This document shows, piece after piece, positions 58,331-64,000 of a stretch of 64,000 bases of DNA. A program made the position numbers and the translations under genes. The notes below the pieces were generated by a model. It saw only the letters and a program-made list of their open reading frames with translations. It searched no databases and was not told where the DNA came from. Source of the DNA: the human T2T-CHM13v2.0 reference genome, Homo sapiens; assembly GCF_009914755.1 (NCBI RefSeq), contig NC_060930.1. One strand, written 5' to 3'. Numbering within the stretch: the first letter of the stretch is position 1; each line of letters starts with the position of its first letter.

Positions 58331-59407
58331 TGACTGAGAATGTAAAAAGCAACCCTGAGAGCAGGAAGCTGGCCCTGTCCCATCAATTAGGTCTTGGCTT
58401 TGCGAGTACTCACGGATGGTACTCATGGCTAAGTTTTGTCCTCTTCTGTTGAACAAAAACAATTTCACAGAACATTGACACTAGACATAGACATCATTCT
58501 GTGACCAAGACGGATCAGGACAATAACAAGGCCACTCTACTGTAATCATGCCTGAACACCGACAAAACCAGAAACGTTCTCCAAACCACAAAAATGACCA
58601 AATCTCTCCCTAACCTGAAAGTGAAAGAATATCTCCCTAAGCTAAGTGACAACTTCTTTACCAATTACAGCTTTGACATCATTCTATTCTCTCTTTCTTG
58701 ATAAGGTCACTAGGATACCTGTTATACACTGAATTCTGTCCCTTCCCCTCATCCTCAAGTTTATATATTGAAGTCCTAACCCTCAGGACTGCAGAATGTG
58801 ACCTTGTTTCAAAATAGAGTCATTGCACCAGAAATAGTTAAGTTGAGATGGGTTCGTCTATAGGATGGGTCCCTAAATCGGTATGGCTGGTGTCCATAAT
58901 TATAGGGAGGGTAAATTTGGACACAGACATATACGCACAGAAAGAACACCATGTGAAGGCTGGAGTTATGCTACACAAACCAAGGAACTACCAGAAGCCG
59001 GGAGAGAGGCTTAGGATGGATATTCTCCTACCACTTTCAGAGGCATGGCCCTGCCCACACCTTGATCTCGGGCTTCCAGCCTCCAGAACTCTAAGAGAAT
59101 AAATCTCTGTTGTTGAAGCCACTCAGTTTGTAGTACTTTGTTACAGCAGCCCTGAGAAACTAATACATACCCAATCATGAGACCAACCTTGGGGAAAAAT
59201 CTTACTTGTTTGAACTCTCCCCAGAATCACCTAACACAAGCCAAAATCATGTAAGTCCTCTCACACCCTCTACTGACATGCCCCACAGTTCCCCATACAC
59301 AGCATGGTATGGTATTTCACTTCTCCTTTGTTATGAAAAGTCAATAAAACCACCCTTGTTTAGTTACCAGTGTGCTCCCGGTAGCCTTTGGCTAGAGGGC
59401 ATTGACA
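58331..59407 (+). mobile_element. MER31-like ERV1 LTR interrupted by MLT1B
   Basis: tctgtgaccaagacggatcaggacaa...ccaaaccacaaaaatgacc; ends ggctagagggcattgaca. Confidence 0.6.
58720..59167 (+). mobile_element. MLT1B-like MaLR LTR
   Basis: tgttat...gaagtcctaacc...agtactttgttacagcagccctgagaaactaataca. Confidence 0.82.
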
Positions 59408-61293
59408 CAACTCAGATAACTTTTTTCCTCAATAATGTGTATAGTTTTTGCTGTTTCAACTGCTTGAGTTTTTCTTGGGGAACTCTTAACTTCATATCAC
59501 AGATGTCTATTCTCTAATATCTTCTCTTCATTATGAAAAGGCTTTTATACATCATAACTGATTTTTATCCAATTTCAAGTCTGCTCTTTATTGCTTCAAA
59601 TGTGGATTTTTAATTTGATTTCTGCATTTTGAAATTCATTTAAAATATTTCATAATCTTTCTACTTTCATTGTCTTAGTGCACTTTTGAAATCTGTTCAG
59701 TCTTTTGTCTTATAACTTGCTGGTCTTATTTTACATAGGAATATCATTTTGAATCCTCTCGAAAATTTCAAAGCATTTTTTTAACCTCTCAATTTTTCTT
59801 CTGGATTCTATAATCATTTTTATATATTTTTTTAGAGGGTTTTGTTTGTTTGCTTGCTTTTGGTGGGGGCGGGGGGGTTCCAATATCTGGAATCTCTTCT
59901 TTGGTTCGGTAATACATTTTCAAAATCTCCCATGCTTTTTGTTTATGTGTAGTATCACAGATTACTGTTAGAAAGTATTCACCTCTATGGAGAAATATAC
60001 TCAACTAAGCCAGCCTAGATCAACCAATCCCTACCTGACTCAAACATTTATAAGAATAAATATTTATTGTTGTATGTCCCTAAGATCATGAGATAGGCCT
60101 TGGGGAAAAACCTATGCCTTGCTATGCATCGTCTGCTAATGGATACACTATGTTTTCTTATTTCTTTGCCTATTCATAGTCCCATGAGGGGTTACCTAAC
60201 AGACCTGGAATTTGCCAGAGCGTGGATGATGTTTTTGGTTTTACTGTCTGACAATTGGATGCGGGTTAAATGTTCTCTTTAGGTCTATAACTGTTTAATA
60301 GGTTAGTATACTCAGCTCCTAGCCCAAATTCTAGCAGCTAACCAATTGCTTACATCTAGCTTTGTTCTGTGGAACCAATGGGATTGTATTTTACCTCTTC
60401 TACTATTTCTCTGACACTGAACACAAAGAGAATATGAAAAGTGATTCCTTACAGAGCTGGCACTTTCTGCTTAGAGTACTTTACTTAGGAGATTACATAG
60501 CCCAAGATTCAATGCATTCTCTACTAGTTCAATTGTCTTCTGGGAGTTGCAGTCACAGCAGGGAGGAAGAGATGCCTGAGTTTTTTTGTTTTCATTTTTC
60601 CTTCCAGTCCAGTCCTTGCATTTCTGGAGCAGGGGTAGACGGTTTGGGAGGTATTAAGGCTGTTCAGTTTCCTGTGTCACAGCACAGGCTGGGCATTTCA
60701 ACCCAGGCCATTCCTGAGAGTTAAGAAACATTTCTCTTAGGGTCTAGAATATTACCAGTCTTGATTTTCAGTGCTGCAAGTTTTTATATATTTCTCTTTT
60801 CCTCAGAATTTTATTTTTTATTTATTTATTTTTTTTCAATAGGAGGTCTCAGATTGAAACCCTGAGTCCATGCACCATTGCTCCCATGCCTGCCACTTGT
60901 CAACCCTCCTGTGTAACTGGCTCTGTTGGATACTCTTTTCCCAAGAATTTTAATAAGAAGTAGGAAGAGGATGGGTCAGAGACTCCTCACGGGTTGCCAT
61001 CTTAAATAATGGAATAAAAATGAATACAGCTATGTAACTAGAATATATGTGGCTTATAGGAAGGGAATAATTTTCCATTTCTTACCTAATTTATAGCAGA
61101 GTACTAGACACATAGTAATTGTTCAGTAAATCTTTTTGATGGATCAAATCAGTTTCATCTAAACCATAGACAATCCCTTATTATCCAAATGGCATTTTTT
61201 GGCAACCAAAAAATAAATTTTACACCCATTTCCAAGGTAAAACTATCATGCTATAAGATATCAAGTTACTTGATATTTATTCATTTGATGTAA

Positions 61294-61629
<336 letters not shown>

Positions 61630-62570
61630 CCAAACTCATGCATTTATTATGAAGATTAAATAAGAGTATTGCTTACAGTAGTCAGTATAATGTCACTATA
61701 ACAGTAAGTATGTCTTACAGTTAATAAACATGAGCTTTTATTATAAGCCTCTTAGAATGTAAGTTCCTTCAAGGCAGGACTTTGACAGTTTTCATCAACC
61801 CTATAGCCCTAATATCTTAGTGCTTGGTATGCGTTTATTGAAAAAAATAAATTAGGAATGAATGAGTAAATGAACAAATTAAGTCACACAGAGCCAAACT
61901 TTCTGCCATCCACTTTGGAAAATTGTCTACTGGTTCTTATTATTTGTGTTTGGAACTAATAAGTCTCAGTACAAGTTTACCATTTTGCGGCACCAATACA
62001 AGTAATGAAAACCTCAGAATGATTAATCTCAAAATGAGTATAATCAGTTTATAAGAGATTAGTAAGTTGAAGGAGATATTCTCTGTCTAAACTTGTTCAT
62101 GATTTTAAAAATCGTGACAGGCACTAACAGCAGGTAATTCCATATAAATTAGTACTTGAGCCCCAACAAAGTTGCTTAGAGAAGTTTCTTTTAATTTTAA
62201 TATAAGGACTCCCTGAAATATTCAGCATTTATGGCATTGCTGACATTAGTTCATTACAAAAGTGATTTTAGCTACTACTATGGAAAACATAGAGTGAGCG
62301 AGAAAATCAAATACCTTGGGAAAATCAGGCAAGTAAATATTTACAAACGACATTTACATTACATAAGACAAATGATTTAAGGGATTTTTTTTCTATTAAA
62401 TGATCTTATTTATCTTATTTTATGGTGTTTATACGACTTCAGTGAAACTGCAATATAATTAATGAGCTTAAAATTATAATTACCTTTTAGCTTTTAAATC
62501 TTATGATCTTATAGTACTTCAGTCCTGGGGAAAACATGTTTTGCATCTCTTTTTAAGTAACTACAATTTA

Positions 62571-62937
<367 letters not shown>

Positions 62938-63235
62938 TTAATGTCTGTTGTCATGCAGACATTTTTTGTCTCTGATAAAATGAGTCCAATCAAAGTGTTG
63001 TTTCAGAAATCTTGTGATTTTAAGGTTTCTAGAATTTTCCTTCGCTACAAGTCTAACGCTAATGCTTGAAGGTTAGAGAGAAGTCATAAAATAATAAAGC
63101 AACAGTATCATTATATAAACAAAAACAAAAATCTTCTTTCAAAAAGCCTTAAGCAGCTCCTTTTTTCTCCAGTGCCAGAAAATTCTGGCCCTTGAATCAT
63201 TTGCAGTGGGCTCACCAGACTTTTCCAAGCCAACA

Positions 63236-63251
63236 TTGCCATCTGCTGGTG
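63236..63251 (-). promoter_or_regulatory. Candidate CTCF site (reverse orientation)
   Basis: Minus strand CACCAGCAGATGGCAA, close to the CTCF consensus core. Confidence 0.6.
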
Positions 63252-63499
63252 AAGTTGCTATAATAGCTTATAAAATGAAGTGATGGATGGAGAGCGGAGG
63301 CTTTGTTTTAGCTTTTGTTTTAGTTTGACTACCTTGCATAAAAAGTTCATTGAATGTAACAATATTTTAGTAGCAGAATTTAACTAACCTAGTGAGATTT
63401 TAACTAAAGCAAAAGAGAAACTAAAATTCTTTAAGAACTAAAATTCTTATGAATTTTATTCAAATTGGCTTCCTGAAAGAATTTCACAATTTGCTGCAG

Positions 63500-63660
63500 A
63501 GACTAAGAGCACGGATATGCATGGCTGTGCTGTTTCCTACCTGTGTGACCTTCATAAGCTCTCTGTACCTTTGCTTTCTCATCCATAAAATAGACATACT
63601 CAGGACAGTGCTTGGCACACAATATGTGCTCAGTGAATATTAGTTGTTATTATTATTAAT
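63500..63660 (+). mobile_element. MIR
   Basis: ctgtgtgaccttcataag...ctttctcatccataaaatag...cttggcacacaatatgtgctcag. Confidence 0.65.
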
Positions 63661-64000
63661 ATTTCTTCCTAAGGTAGACATGAAAGAAAGCTTCTTGGTT
63701 ATTTTGGAACACTTCTGATTTCTAAGATATTAATCTGTTTGTTTTCATAATCTTACAATAGCAAAACATAATGGAAAGTCTGAAATTTTACTAAAGTTTT
63801 AATTTTTACTTCTTGAAATTATTTAAGATCTTAAAATATGTTTAATTGAGGGTCATTTCAAGTTATAACCCTTTTTAAAGCAGTATTTCTATCTTGAATG
63901 TTCACATGTTTCTACAAATCCAATTTATTATGGTGCCAAGATTTGAAACATATGTCTATAAGCAAATAAAAAATGGATAATGCTTTTAAAAATGCAGCAT

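Overview
Primate (sequence matches human, chr6q23.2) genomic DNA. The only supported protein-coding feature is coding exon 1 of SLC2A12 (GLUT12) on the minus strand (ATG at 18406, splice donor after 18304). Bases 1-18303 are therefore intron 1, and about 18.6-64 kb is upstream intergenic DNA. The rest is a dense transposon fossil record: about 30 Alus, MIR/L2/L1 relics, THE1/MST/MLT1/MLT2 and ERV1 solo LTRs, and a Zaphod/MER115-like DNA transposon. The main hidden feature, at about 36.2-40.8 kb, is an ancient two-LTR mammalian Gypsy (MamGyp-like) provirus. It has a degenerate tRNA-Ser primer-binding site, a polypurine tract, and a decayed gag that can be traced collinearly, end to end, against PNMA-family capsid proteins, while most of pol appears to be missing. 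Other points of interest are two uORFs and a G4 motif in the SLC2A12 leader, a Z-DNA/(UG)27 tract near the exon 1 donor, three same-orientation CTCF-like motifs, and an MLT2A2 LTR inserted inside an AluJ. Repeat subfamily names and reference protein sequences are recalled from memory, not from database searches.
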